Assembly (NCBI RefSeq): GCF_001194135.2 | Contig: NC_068982.1 | Coordinates: forward strand, 159,732,582-159,770,438 | Length of the DNA: 37,857 nucleotides | Direction: 5' to 3' | Source of the DNA: Octopus bimaculoides | Taxonomy: Eukaryota | Part shown: piece after piece, positions 1-11,354 of the stretch | How positions within the stretch are numbered: the first letter of the stretch is position 1 | Layout: each line of letters starts with the position of its first letter | Translations under genes and position numbers: made by a program | Notes under the pieces: model-generated | What the model was told of the DNA's origin: nothing | Database searches by the model: none | What the model saw: the letters and a program-made list of their open reading frames with translations, nothing else

Positions 1-187
1 ACCAGGACTTACAAATATATATGACATACAGAAAATTGCACTACTGGGTACTGCACACATTCTACGCAAAACACTTTCAATACAGTAAGCATAAGAGCAT
101 TACAGCAAACCACAGCACATACCCAAGGCACATAGAGCTGCACTCAGTAGTGAAGTGAAAGCACGTTATAAAAATAAAACTACTGAA
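1..187 (+). mobile_element. 3' end of R4/Dong-like non-LTR retrotransposon (RLE clade), cut by window edge
   Basis: Frame from base 2 reads PGLTNIYDIQKIALLGTAHILRKTLSIQ* (stop 86-88), a typical C-terminus of RLE LINEs. A ~100-nt 3'UTR then runs into (TAA)n. Near-identical to 989-1174. Confidence 0.85.
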
Positions 188-188
188 C

Positions 189-263
<75 letters not shown>
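188..263. repeat. (TAA)n microsatellite, tail/target of Dong-like element
   Basis: Direct reading. Confidence 0.98.
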
Positions 264-264
<1 letters not shown>

Positions 265-806
265 CCCGGATGCAGTACCAGGCAGTGACTCTCATAGTTT
301 CTGATCTTAAGTGGTTGGAAGTGCTATCATGTGCATTGTTTTGTTTTAGTATAAAAGATAGGCTACAGCAAATATTCTGCTTATTAACACAGATTTGCTT
401 GTCAGTTTTTTGGCCTTAAACAGTTCCAGTTAAGCATGTCCTTTGGTGGCTGACGATATGTGCATCTTTGATCATGAGAAGAAGTAGTGGTGGAGCATCA
501 TAGCCATGTGTTGAGAGGAATTCTTTGGGGTTTGAATAATTCACTTTTGGAAACATGGGTGTTTTGCTCAACATCCTTAAATAAACCTTATTCAGGGACC
601 TTTTGAGCGGGATGGGCAACTCGACCTGAAGAAAATTCTAACTGGGCTCCACCTCCGAGGTCATACGCTGTGTGTCTTGATATTAGATCACCATGTCGCG
701 CACACAGGGTTGTGATGCATGTGCCTGGTGTACCCTTATCAGACGGGTAGTCATGATGGGTATACTGGGCTTCGTATATTTTACCCCAGTGTCACTTTGA
801 TGGCAT
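264..806 (+). mobile_element. Non-coding ~540-bp interspersed repeat (SINE-like or LINE 5' region) fused to the downstream RLE fragment
   Basis: Starts right after (TAA)n, is more GC-rich than the background, has no credible ORF and abuts the RLE coding fragment at ~806. Resembles a recalled octopus repeat (not verified). Confidence 0.55.
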
Positions 807-1169
807 TAGATGTTTCAATACCAGCAGATGACAACGTTTCTCTAAAAGAAATGGAAAAACTTTCAAAATACAAAGACCTGGAAAATGAGATAACTCGAAT
901 GTGGAATCTAAAAACAGAAACAATTCCTATCATAGTAGGTGCCTTAGGTATAATAAAAAAATATTCAGACAAATACATAACAAAAACACCAGGACTTACA
1001 AATATATATAACATACAGAAAATTGCACTACTGGGTACTGCACACATTCTACGCAAAACACTTTCAATACAGTAAACATAAGAGCACCACAGCAAACCAC
1101 AGCACATACCCAAGGCACACAGAGCTGCGCTCGGTAGTGAAGTGAAAGCACGTTATAAAAATAAAACTA

Positions 1170-1174
<5 letters not shown>
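807..1174 (+). mobile_element. 5'-truncated R4/Dong-like LINE: restriction-like endonuclease C-terminus plus 3'UTR
   Basis: ORF 719-1075 from ~807 reads LDVSIPADDNVSLKEMEKLSKYKDLENEITRMWNLKTETIPIIVGALG...IQKIALLGTAHILRK, matching the D-x-x-x-P...K..KY..L RLE motif. 3'UTR and (TAA)n follow. Confidence 0.9.
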
Positions 1175-1243
<69 letters not shown>

Positions 1244-1380
1244 TGATGATGATGATGATGATGATACCAACAACAACAAGAGCAACAACAACAACAACAA
1301 CAACAACAACAGCAACAACAACAACAATATCAACAAGAAAAAAAAAAAATAATAATAATAATAATTAGAATTAGAATTAG
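1173..1380. repeat. Compound microsatellite (TAA)n-(TGA)n-(CAA)n-A-run-(TAA)n-(TTAGAA)n
   Basis: Direct reading. Explains the poly-Leu ORFs 77-295 and 1064-1414. Confidence 0.97.
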
Positions 1381-3799
1381 AATTGTCTGAAGTTTCCAGA
1401 GAACATTTTCTCATCCATCAAAACGAAATTGTTAAGTCTACTAAGCATTGAATCAGAAAAGATTGATGACATTTCTACATGTTCGGCATAAAGTTAAATG
1501 TTGTTGCGTGAATGATATGTCCCTTTTACGCAGAAATGTAAATTTATGACTCAAAAGGGAATATAATTGCAAGGCGTTATGATTAGTTGCGCTATCATAT
1601 GGGTTATATGTGCACGGATAACATCACTGCTTGCACTAGAAATTAAAGTGAATCCAGAGGTCTCAGAATGATCGTAACTGTTTCATATAACATTTTATAA
1701 TCATAATATATAACCTTCCAGATAAAAGTTCTCATTTTAAGACTTCGCCATTCGAAGGACTAATGTGAAATGAAATATGCACGATCAATTTACTTAAATT
1801 ACTTTTCCCATAAATCACGGTGCAGATGTTTGTGAAATTGGCAAATATTAGCTATCAAGCTATTGAATAGAACATACTTGTGTATGTAATCGTCCATATC
1901 ACAGTATCAACACTATCATAAACTCCTCTTTTACTTTGCTTTCATTATTTAATTAGATTACCTACAGTGAGTACAGGAATATCTAAAGCTATTTAATGAG
2001 AATTTTGAAATCTTTCCGTCAACTTTTTACCAGACATTGATTTCAAGAATGACAGTAGCTAATGAAATATTCGAATGTTTTGAAATCACAGTTCTACAAA
2101 CAAATTGGCACACAACAAAATATGAATACCCTACATTTGTAATGTAAATTCGAATGTAATTATATTTTAGCTAGCCAATGGCATTTTCTCTGGAGAGTTA
2201 TATATAATTTTCCTGAGAAACGAATTTACTAAAACACAATACTTGTTATCACTATAAATAAATTGGTAAACGATGTCTTGAATATTGATGTTGAAGATCA
2301 TTTTAGTTTCAATAAAAACGATAGAAATGTTTATACAAAAGAATACACAGATTGCGTTATTTTTCTATCTTGACTGCTGAAGGTATATTGTTTATCTCAC
2401 GTTTGTGATAAATTAGCTCGGCTAGTATTATAAGCAATATTTAAATACACGCAAGCGCCAAATACTGGCCGCTAAAATGCTGTGAATAAACCATGCAAGT
2501 ATTTAGAACCTTGCGCATTAGGGACAAGTATTCATTATATAATATTTGCAATATTTTCTTTGTATAGTACAATACGTGTTTTATTCATGTAAATTATGGA
2601 TTTAGGATCAAGCAAACATATCAATATCAAACATTCCTCAACTGCTTTGTTTTGGAATCTGTAACAGTTTATCTACGCAAGAAAATAATATTGTTATAAG
2701 GTAATTTACATGGCCGTTTGTTAACATTTCATGAAGGTATGAAATTATCAATTGGGGCATGGAGAGCAATGGAAAAGCCATGACGCTACTCACTAAATAA
2801 TGCAACTGTCGACACTAGTTATGCAAGCATTCAAAAGAATATAACATTACATGCGATGACAGAAGAATATGACAAGAAATACGATGACTTAATTATTTTA
2901 ACAAATACACGGGTTGTTATGCAAAATAATCTATTCTCTATACACGCAATTCTGTATAATTAATATGTACGTAATATGATATTCGAATATAGTATATACG
3001 GTATAACCAAGTAACAACCTGGATTATAAATTAAAGATCGTCTACACATACATTTTTTGTTTTCTTTATACTTTATATATATATATATTGTAAAAGTTAG
3101 CGGTTATAATAACCGACTAAGGGATAAAATATACGAACAATATTTCCCCCATGTTTGATTTATTCATCCTTTTCATTTTATTTTTTATTATATGTTATTT
3201 TTTCTTTATTTTATTGTACACCTTATATTGTATGTGTCTGTTTGTTTGTGGAAGTATGTTAGTTTGCCTTACAATGAGATATTTGTATAAATTTCTTGCA
3301 CTGTGTAAAGCGGTATGTGTTGCCCGTTGATTGAAATTGTATGGCTGCACCCACTGAGAGCTGATATAATATTTAACTATAATTTTTGAATTATTTGATT
3401 TTATTTATAGTAATATCTATTTTGAAGATATTGTAATATAAGCACAGACTGTTAATTGCAATAGTACTTTTTGCACCCACTTGAAGATAATATACGTTTT
3501 TTCTATAATTTTAATGTTTAGATTTAATTAGTATTTCATTCTAATCTTAGGGTATTTGTTATTGCTCTTTATCTATGTTTAGTAAATTGTTTGATTTAAA
3601 GTACTTTTTTCATAGTACTAATCTGCCTGAGGACCCGGCATTAACTGTATCCAAATAGTACCAATATACTCGTTTAAATTCTTTTTCAATAATAGGAACT
3701 ATATAATTTTAATGACTATGTAATGCTAATTAAGCATACTTAATATACTGTGGAAACTAGGGAGTGTTATTATTTGATAATATACAAAATATGATTTGG

Positions 3800-3960
3800 C
3801 CTTAAATATTAACAGCCTACATGTAAGTGCCATTTTATTGTAGTGTACGTGCGATGGTGTTAAATGTTTCTTTGTTTCTGGGGTTGTATGGGGAGATATA
3901 AGGGTAGGTGTATTGTAGTGTACGTATAAGTTGGATCTTTCTTGTGTACTTGTATACACC
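3800..3960 (-). mobile_element. Degenerate Penelope-like fragment (RT/GIY-YIG linker region)
   Basis: Minus frame reads YTYPYISPYNPRNKETFNTIARTL, resembling the PY(I/V)STxNPRNKE-type linker of PLEs. Short and decayed. Confidence 0.4.
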
Positions 3961-4694
3961 AAATTATTACTACTATTCGCTATATATTAGGTTAAGCCCA
4001 ATTTCATTTCCTAGTAGCCTTAACTGAATCGCTGAATTACAAGTACTAGGTGCCTCCCCTTAACCATAACCTGTGGATTCTTTCATCTCTTCACTCGTCT
4101 CTCATGCATGTTATAACGTTAGATGCTGAAGGACATAAGCCGCACCACACTACCTATACCATTGACTTCCAACCCGGAACTTTTTTCGTTTCTTGTTTAT
4201 TTTATAGACAAATCCATTGTAATGGTTTTAACTCGTGACCTCGGTTCAAATTTTAACTGTTCAATTGTAGAGACCGCTGGACTTACACTTGCCCCATTGT
4301 GAACCATAGGTGTGATTCTCCATAATAATTTTCTATGAGTAAATTTTCTAAAGCATCCTAGGGTAATTGTTTACATTTACTTGAGTTTACTTCGTTAGTA
4401 TATGTACTGCCATTTGATAATCACGTTAGTATTTTCCGTATACTTTTTCTTGATAACTTCTTTCTTTTAAAACATCATGCCCACCCCGCTTTAAATTGCA
4501 TCTACCTGTTAATAAATAGTAATATTCCCTAGACCACTACTAGCTCACACTTTTACCTACGGACCACGTAGCCCCTAAATGGTAAATTATATGCTGTTAA
4601 AATTTTGAACTTCTAGAATGTTTACCTAGGCCATGTTTCCTTTCCTTTTCCTTCCTCCCTTTGTTTATATTGTATGCTCTAGTCTCTTTTTTTA

Positions 4695-4804
4695 CTCTGA
4701 TGAAGCGGCGTGCTTTAATTTGAATGCCCTATGTAAATAGAGAACTTTATTCTCGCATTTCTTTATAGACAGTATTGTGGCAACTAATCGGAAACGGCCG
4801 TAAG
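4695..4804 (+). ncRNA. Decayed hammerhead-like motif with long stem II insert, in putative PLE pseudo-LTR
   Basis: CTGATGA 4697-4703, GAAA 4791-4794, palindrome CGGCCG 4795-4800, then TA. Stem I is only 2 bp and stem II closure is poor. Confidence 0.35.
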
Positions 4805-4990
4805 ATATGTTACGTCACCTATTTGTTATGTCATGCTCTGTATTAAAAAATAAGCTATAAATATGTTCCAATCGATGTGGTTGTTAATCTGAGGTTTTCT
4901 CCATTTTCTGATTATATATATATATATATATATAGAAACACAAAGGGAGGAATTTCGATTATCCCCAATGCAAAAAATGTATATATAAAA

Positions 4991-5534
4991 TAAAAGAAGA
5001 AAAATGATCATACTTTACATAATTTCAATATATTTTTAATATATTTTATATTGTGTTTGTCGACCGGATTCGTTTTCGCTAATCATGACATTGAAATTAT
5101 TGCAATATGGTATTTTCCTAAGATTTTAGCCTATGCTGTGTGTGGAGAGGTTTATGAAAGAATAAATGATTCAATAAGTAGAGAAATCTAAGGAAAGGTA
5201 ATTGCTGATCGTTATTATTGGGGACTGTGAAGGTAATTGTTAATTTTTTGGTGTAAGAGGAACAATTACCTTCCCGACAGATGAGCAAATACCGCCAATA
5301 ATTATCTCCAATAATAACGATCACTGATTATCCCCACTTCGAATTTTCTATTCGTTTAATGATTCGTTAATAAACTTCTCTACACACAACATAGACTAAA
5401 ATCTTCTTAAGAAAATACCAAATTACAATAATTTTAATGTTGTGACTAGCGAAAGCGTAAGCAGTTGACAAGCAATATGAAATATATTATAAAATATGTT
5501 AAAACTACGTAAAGTTCGCGCATATCCCTTCTTT

Positions 5535-5536
<2 letters not shown>
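4991..5536. mobile_element. 546-bp foldback (long inverted repeat) MITE-like element
   Basis: Arms pair by eye throughout: GAAGGTAATTGTT (~5230) / AACAATTACCTTC (~5261); GATCGTTATTATTGG / CCAATAATAACGATC; TGGTATTTTC..GATTTTAG / CTAAAATC..GAAAATACCA; TAAAAGAAG / CTTCTTTTA at the ends. TA-rich flanks. Confidence 0.85.
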
Positions 5537-5584
<48 letters not shown>

Positions 5585-5602
5585 TATATATATATAATAT
5601 CA

Positions 5603-6052
5603 ATATTCCTAAATCTCTCTAAAGGAGACTACAGCAGCAGTACAGGATATTAATAGTTATCGCCAAGCTAACGTGGCGGTCCAGGAAAATAGGACGAATG
5701 CTGCCCTTGATTAGGTACAAGAGGCCATCGCCCCTAGCTATCTATGTGACACACAAACCTGTGTCCTTTACAACCTTCAAACAGGGGTGGTTAGCAGCTT
5801 CCCCTTGCTGGTTCAACATCCACAGACTACTTTCGGGGTGATTGCCCCTTCTCAATGTGGAGTAGACGAACCCAGCTGGTGTCGCTGCTGACTGTCTTTT
5901 CGAAGGTTTATTCACCTATATTCAGTGGAACACATCCACTGGTTTTCAAAAATAGAAATATTAATATTCTTAAATCTCTCTAAAGGAGACTACGGCAGCA
6001 GTACTGGATATTGATAGTTAGCCCCAAGCTAACATGGCAGTCCAGGAAAATA
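5603..6052 (-). mobile_element. Retrozyme-like non-autonomous element A: 89-bp direct repeats, 361-nt period, internal hammerhead
   Basis: 5603-5691 versus 5964-6052 differ at 8 of 89 positions. No ORF, (TA)n on both flanks, hammerhead fold at 5819-5861 on the minus strand. Confidence 0.75.
5819..5861 (-). ncRNA. Minimal type I hammerhead ribozyme (U3-A8 core variant)
   Basis: Minus strand: TCCACA TTGAGAA GGGG caatca CCCC GAAA GTAG TC TGTGGA. Perfect 6-bp stem I, 4-bp stem II, GUC cleavage triplet. Stem III is one change from the palindrome CTAG. Confidence 0.75.
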
Positions 6053-6129
6053 TATATATATAGATAAAACTTACTTGGAAATGTATGCGTGACGTTCTAT
6101 CCTATGCTAATATAAATAATATATACATA

Positions 6130-6600
6130 ATTACATGTATACACACATACATGTACATGCCTACATAAAAAAACAAAAGCATGGAAAACAAACTTTTTTC
6201 GAACAACGAAAGAAACAAATAGAGAAACGAGACAGACATCATAAAGAGTATTCCCTTCATCAGTTGTCCCCTATTTTATCTACTTCGCGTTTCGAAGATA
6301 GGGACAAGACGCGACTTCGTTAAAACAGTCCTTCCCGTAAAGCAAATTGAATAAAATTCGGGATTTTTTGCGGGGGTAACAAAAACAGGAGAGTGAGAAC
6401 AAAACAGTAAAAACAAGCGATGAGGACTGTTAAGATATGACGAGGTGAAGTGGTGAAAGATGGAAAAATGAGCTTTGAGAAGAGACAGGCAAAAGCACGT
6501 CTTGTCTTTAGGAAGGAAGTGGAAGGAAGAAAGGATAGATAGCAGTTGGTCAGGTGCGAGCAACGAGAGAGTCAAGGAGGAAGAGTGAGAGAGAGAGAGA
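6130..6600 (-). mobile_element. Decayed Penelope-like 3' end / pseudo-LTR
   Basis: Minus strand shows a pyrimidine-rich decayed ORF end (..SKLIFPSFTTSPRHILT..) followed by a decayed hammerhead-like motif TTAACGAAG...CTTCGAAACGCG (~6286-6346) and a second CTGATGAAGGG (~6253-6263). Confidence 0.5.
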
Positions 6601-6790
6601 AAGAGGGGACGGTGAAGGGGAGCGGAGAAGAATTAAATAAAGGGTTGGAGAGTAAAACAGAAAGGAAGAAGAACAAGAGAGGGAGATAGAATACAGATAG
6701 TTATAGAGTGCGCATCGGAATTATTATGATAAATCTTACTCGGAAATGGATGCGTGCCGTAGATCATACGATGATATAAATATTAATATA

Positions 6791-6855
<65 letters not shown>

Positions 6856-7101
6856 TATATACACACATAAATGTTTATATTTGTATATGTTTTAACTCCA
6901 GTTCGTAATAAATTGGTGGACTTATTCTATATCCGCAGTGTATATGACTTTCAAACAATATTAGAATGATCTATCTTAAAATTATGTCATTGTAGATTCT
7001 CATCTACACCTCTATTCACTCTACGCACTGATAAGTTGGATCTCTTTCAAATTTATGATAGCATATTAATACATTTGTTATCCGGGCTAACTGTTTCTCA
7101 C

Positions 7102-7303
7102 TGCAGAGGAAACACTTTCATCAGCATACGATAAAACGTGGAAGATTATATGAGGAAATCTCTGCAATTGTTCTATGTAATCTTCAGTGGAAACTGGCAT
7201 TTTGTTACCGTATATTAATTTTATGTAGATTTTAAGATAAAATTCTTTAGAAGAAAAAATGATTCCTGCTTCTTTAGCTTTTCTATAAAATGTCTTCTGT
7301 GTA
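7102..7303 (-). CDS. Candidate internal exon of unidentified host gene
   Basis: Acceptor gtctttaattttattatgccag, donor GCA|gtgaga, 67 open codons TQKTFYRKAKEAGIIFSSKEFYLKIYIKLIYGNKMPVSTEDYIEQLQRFPHIIFHVLSYADESVSSA. No recognised homology. Confidence 0.4.
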
Positions 7304-9934
7304 CTGGCATAATAAAATTAAAGACACAAAGCTATTTTTCAGACGTAGTATAATTCCTGATTTATTTAAATACTTCAGAGCTTAAACCTTTTCACTCAGA
7401 AGTGAATGGAACTCGCCGTAAAATATTTTCACTGAAGTTATGATAATGTCTATAGCACATTCAGTTAGTAATACGTTTACAAATTAAACCAGCAACTAAA
7501 TTTGTTTCCGATATGTACTGAATGGTTCTTCTACCCATGATGCTACATAAATTATACGAACTATAAACAGTGTAATGTGACTCAGTAAATATGTAATTAG
7601 GTTTACTATGTGTTTCTTCGTATATATGTACATTGATAACATGATATTCCATGATAGGTGCCGGGAAATCATGTGTGACATATATTTTCGGCTCTTAAGA
7701 TGTTACATCAAAGAAAACAGTCATCAATTAAAGCCAGACTTGCAGCCAATATTAACTGCTTTATTGTTATTGATTGATGTGAATCTTCCGTAACAGCTCT
7801 GGAAACAGGTAATAATTCATTTTTCTGCTAATGTAATGTAAAGTGCACATTAAAAAAAAAACTGGAGTTGTTACCGAATTAAGCATGATTAGCGTATTGC
7901 TCTTCTAATTTTAATATTTGACTTTCAAAAGTTTCAGACAATTTTACAAACAAGGAAATGGTCTTTTATCTTCAACAGACCAAACGGCAACATATTCGAA
8001 GATGAAGAGATATCAATATGAAATGTTCGATGGTCTCATAACATATGATATTCTTCTGAAGAATTTTAAATGCAAATGATTACTTAAAGAGTTGGGAAAA
8101 CTTTCTGTCGCATTGTTATGACACAACAATAAAAGAAGTAGCACTATTATGATAATCGTCTTTCTGTGTTACTTTACAATAGAATCTACTTCATATTATA
8201 AGCTGCTTAGTAGGTCTTCATTAAAAAGTAAAACGCTGCTTTTATCCTTGACAGTCTGTTTATATTCGGTGCAAGAGATAGAATCGTTATAAATTATTCA
8301 TTTCATGACATGCTCAACGACAATCACATACAGTTTACAAACAAGAAAATCACATGATATATATATGAACAAGTGGTGCACGGAAGGAAATATGTATTCA
8401 TATCGATATAATCAATCACTGAGAAATATTGCCGCTCTTGAACATTTGTACGTTCTGTCTTTGATACACCTTGGAGAGAAATGTGATGTTACGATATATG
8501 AATGCATTTTCTCTGGAAACATAAGTGTGTGTATGTATACGTGCCCTTATCGTTCTCTGTCTCTCTCTCTCTTTATATATATATATATATNNNNNNNNNN
8601 NNNNNNNNNNNNNNNNNNNNNNNNNNNNNNNNNNNNNNNNNNNNNNNNNNNNNNNNNNNNNNNNNNNNNNNNNNNNNNNNNNNNNNNNNNNNNNNNNNNN
8701 NNNNNNNNNNNNNNNNNNNNNNNNNNNNNNNNNNNNNNNNNNNNNNNNNNNNNNNNNNNNNNNNNNNNNNNNNNNNNNNNNNNNNNNNNNNNNNNNNNNN
8801 NNNNNNNNNNNNNNNNNNNNNNNNNNNNNNNNNNNNNNNNNNNNNNNNNNNNNNNNNNNNNNNNNNNNNNNNNNNNNNNNNNNNNNNNNNNNNNNNNNNN
8901 NNNNNNNNNNNNNNNNNNNNNNNNNNNNNNNNNNNNNNNNNNNNNNNNNNNNNNNNNNNNNNNNNNNNNNNNNNNNNNNNNNNNNNNNNNNNNNNNNNNN
9001 NNNNNNNNNNNNNNNNNNNNNNNNNNNNNNNNNNNNNNNNNNNNNNNNNNNNNNNNNNNNNNNNNNNNNNNNNNNNNNNNNNNNNNNNNNNNNNNNNNNN
9101 NNNNNNNNNNNNNNNNNNNNNNNNNNNNNNNNNNNNNNNNNNNNNNNNNNNNNNNNNNNNNNNNNNNNNNNNNNNNNNNNNNNNNNNNNNNNNNNNNNNN
9201 NNNNNNNNNNNNNNNNNNNNNNNNNNNNNNNNNNNNNNNNNNNNNNNNNNNNNNNNNNNNNNNNNNNNNNNNACACGTACGCGCACGCACAAACACACAC
9301 ACATACATATACGCATGCACGAGCGCACACACGAACGCACACATACACATATATATGTATGCATACATACACGTATGCATATAGGTCACACACTGCAAAT
9401 TGTGTGCAGAAAAATACATTAGTCAATCACATTCAATTCCACTACGCTTTTCGCATTTTGTTTTGTAATTACATAACAGTTTCACATTTCTAATTTAGGG
9501 AAATAGGGGTAATATGTGGTAGTTCTTCATATAACTTTACTCTTTCAGAGTAGTGCCGTATCAGGACTGGTTAAACGCGATGCGTTAGTACACTCTCAAA
9601 ACGTCGGTAAATATATTTTGCGAATTTAATTGGTTGATTTGTCCCTGAAGTCTACATGGTCAATTAGCAATATTCTCCAGAGCAAGCCATTAAGCAGTCT
9701 TTTGATAACACCAATACTTAATTTGTTGGTTCCGTTTTTTTCCCAAAACACATTTTATCAAAGATTTTTACGTTTACAAATTTTATGTATTTTGGAAACA
9801 TAATTAGGTTTTTCTGACGTCAAATGATCAATCAGTTTTTTTTTGTTTTTTTGTGCAAAGGCAACAATTGGTTAATATTCTGAAAACAGTTGGCCTTGTG
9901 CAAAAACTTGAAATCAATACTCAGATAACGTGAA

Positions 9935-10146
9935 GGTGGTGAGCTAGCAGGATCAGCACGCTAGGCAAAATGCTTACCGCTATTTCGTCCGTCTTTATGT
10001 TTAGAGACCATATTTCTCCGAGATCGACTGTGACTTTCATACTTCCGAGGTCGATAAAATAAATACCAGTTGAATACTGGGTTAATGTAATCCACCGATA
10101 CCCTCCCACGAATTCGCTGGCCTTGTGTCAAAATATGAAACCAATA
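9935..10146 (+). mobile_element. SINE, probably tRNA-derived (cephalopod-type)
   Basis: Head GGTGGTGAGCTAGCAG, core ..TTTCATACTTCCGAGGTCGATAAAATAAATACCAGTTG.. and end GGCCTTGTGTCAAAATATGAAACCAATA match a recalled abundant octopus SINE. Related copies at ~17670 and ~30400. Confidence 0.75.
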
Positions 10147-10475
10147 TTTTGATATCTTAATTTCTTCTATTTTTTAAGCATGTTTTCAGTAGATCTTATA
10201 GACGTTTTCCAAACAACGAGCTAAAGTTTGAACATTTAGGTAGAAGTCTGATATACGTCAGTAGGATATATATATCTTAGAAGGTGAACCTGTGACACAC
10301 ACATATTCTCAGTATTTTGAACTTGCCTTTGTTCAGACAAAACCACAGATCTTATACGGACACATACATGAAATGAAGTGTTTTGTTTCAGATCGTAATT
10401 CTCGCTGGTCTAGGAATCAAAACCATGTAACATAGACAAGTTTACTTAACGCGAGTGCATACGCATGTGACACAT

Positions 10476-10506
<31 letters not shown>

Positions 10507-11263
10507 NNNNNNNNNNNNNNNNNNNNNNNNNNNNNNNNNNNNNNNNNNNNNNNNNNNNNNNNNNNNNNNNNNNNNNNNNNNNNNNNNNNNNNNNNNNNNN
10601 NNNNNNNNNNNNNNNNNNNNNNNNNNNNNNNNNNNNNNNNNNNNNNNNNNNNNNNNNNNNNNNNNNNNNNNNNNNNNNNNNNNNNNNNNNNNNNNNNNNN
10701 NNNNNNNNNNNNNNNNNNNNNNNNNNNNNNNNNNNNNNNNNNNNNNNNNNNNNNNNNNNNNNNNNNNNNNNNNNNNNNNNNNNNNNNNNNNNNNNNNNNN
10801 NNNNNNNNNNNNNNNNNNNNNNNNNNNNNNNNNNNNNNNNAGATTCCCTCCTAGCGTGAGACATTTATATATAGCAATGCTCTTAATATAAATAAATATA
10901 TTCAAAGGGAATAATTAATACCTTTTTCCCTTATGAGGTTTTTCACGCTAACTACTTGATAAATTCTTATAAAGAATTTATGCTATTTTTAAATTGTATA
11001 TATATATATATAAAGTAGTTGTAAGCTGTCAACTGAATGTGACAGTCTCATGAAGGGAATAACACTACTGCTAATTAGCCCTAGGAAGCAGCATATGTGT
11101 CAGCCTTGGCACACTTCCTTGTGTCCTTGTGTTTACAAGAGGGAGATAGTATTATTCCCTTTATGGGACTGTCATATTAAGCTGACAGCATTTCACTAGA
11201 ATAATTATATGTTTACAACAGCTAGATAGGCATCTCCAACTAGCAAGCCATGCTATGCTACTG

Positions 11264-11302
11264 CAGATTGAAGACGAGCAATGACTCAGAAACTAGTCGC
11301 TG
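11264..11302 (+). ncRNA. Minimal type I hammerhead ribozyme, partly decayed
   Basis: CAGA TTGAAGA CGAG caatga CTCA GAAA CTAG TC GCTG. Palindromic stem III CTAG, GUC triplet ending at 11298. Mismatches at C3 and at the base of stems I and II. Confidence 0.65.
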
Positions 11303-11354
11303 GATGCAGGCTTAGCTGGATGCAGGCTTAGCTGGATGCAGGCTTAGCTGGATG
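11299..11354 (+). repeat. 16-bp tandem repeat GCTGGATGCAGGCTTA x3.5
   Basis: Exact copies at 11299, 11315 and 11331, partial copy at 11347. Confidence 0.97.

Noticed and set aside
590-655. HDV-like ribozyme hints (GGGCAAC...CTAACTGGG) in the 264-806 repeat
   Set aside because: Could not build P1 and P3 of the nested double pseudoknot by eye.
3836-3925. 15-bp direct repeat TATTGTAGTGTACGT, 75 bp apart
   Set aside because: Probably a local duplication within a decayed element; no evidence for a discrete insertion.
5885-5930. Second hammerhead-like string on the minus strand of element A (CTGAATA..CGAAA..GTC)
   Set aside because: G8 missing and no stem I pairing.
8305-9493. Long ORFs spanning N gaps (also 10.4-10.9, 11.6-12.1, 22.6-23.7, 25.2-25.9 and 28.6-29.1 kb)
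   Set aside because: Artefacts of N runs and dinucleotide repeats.
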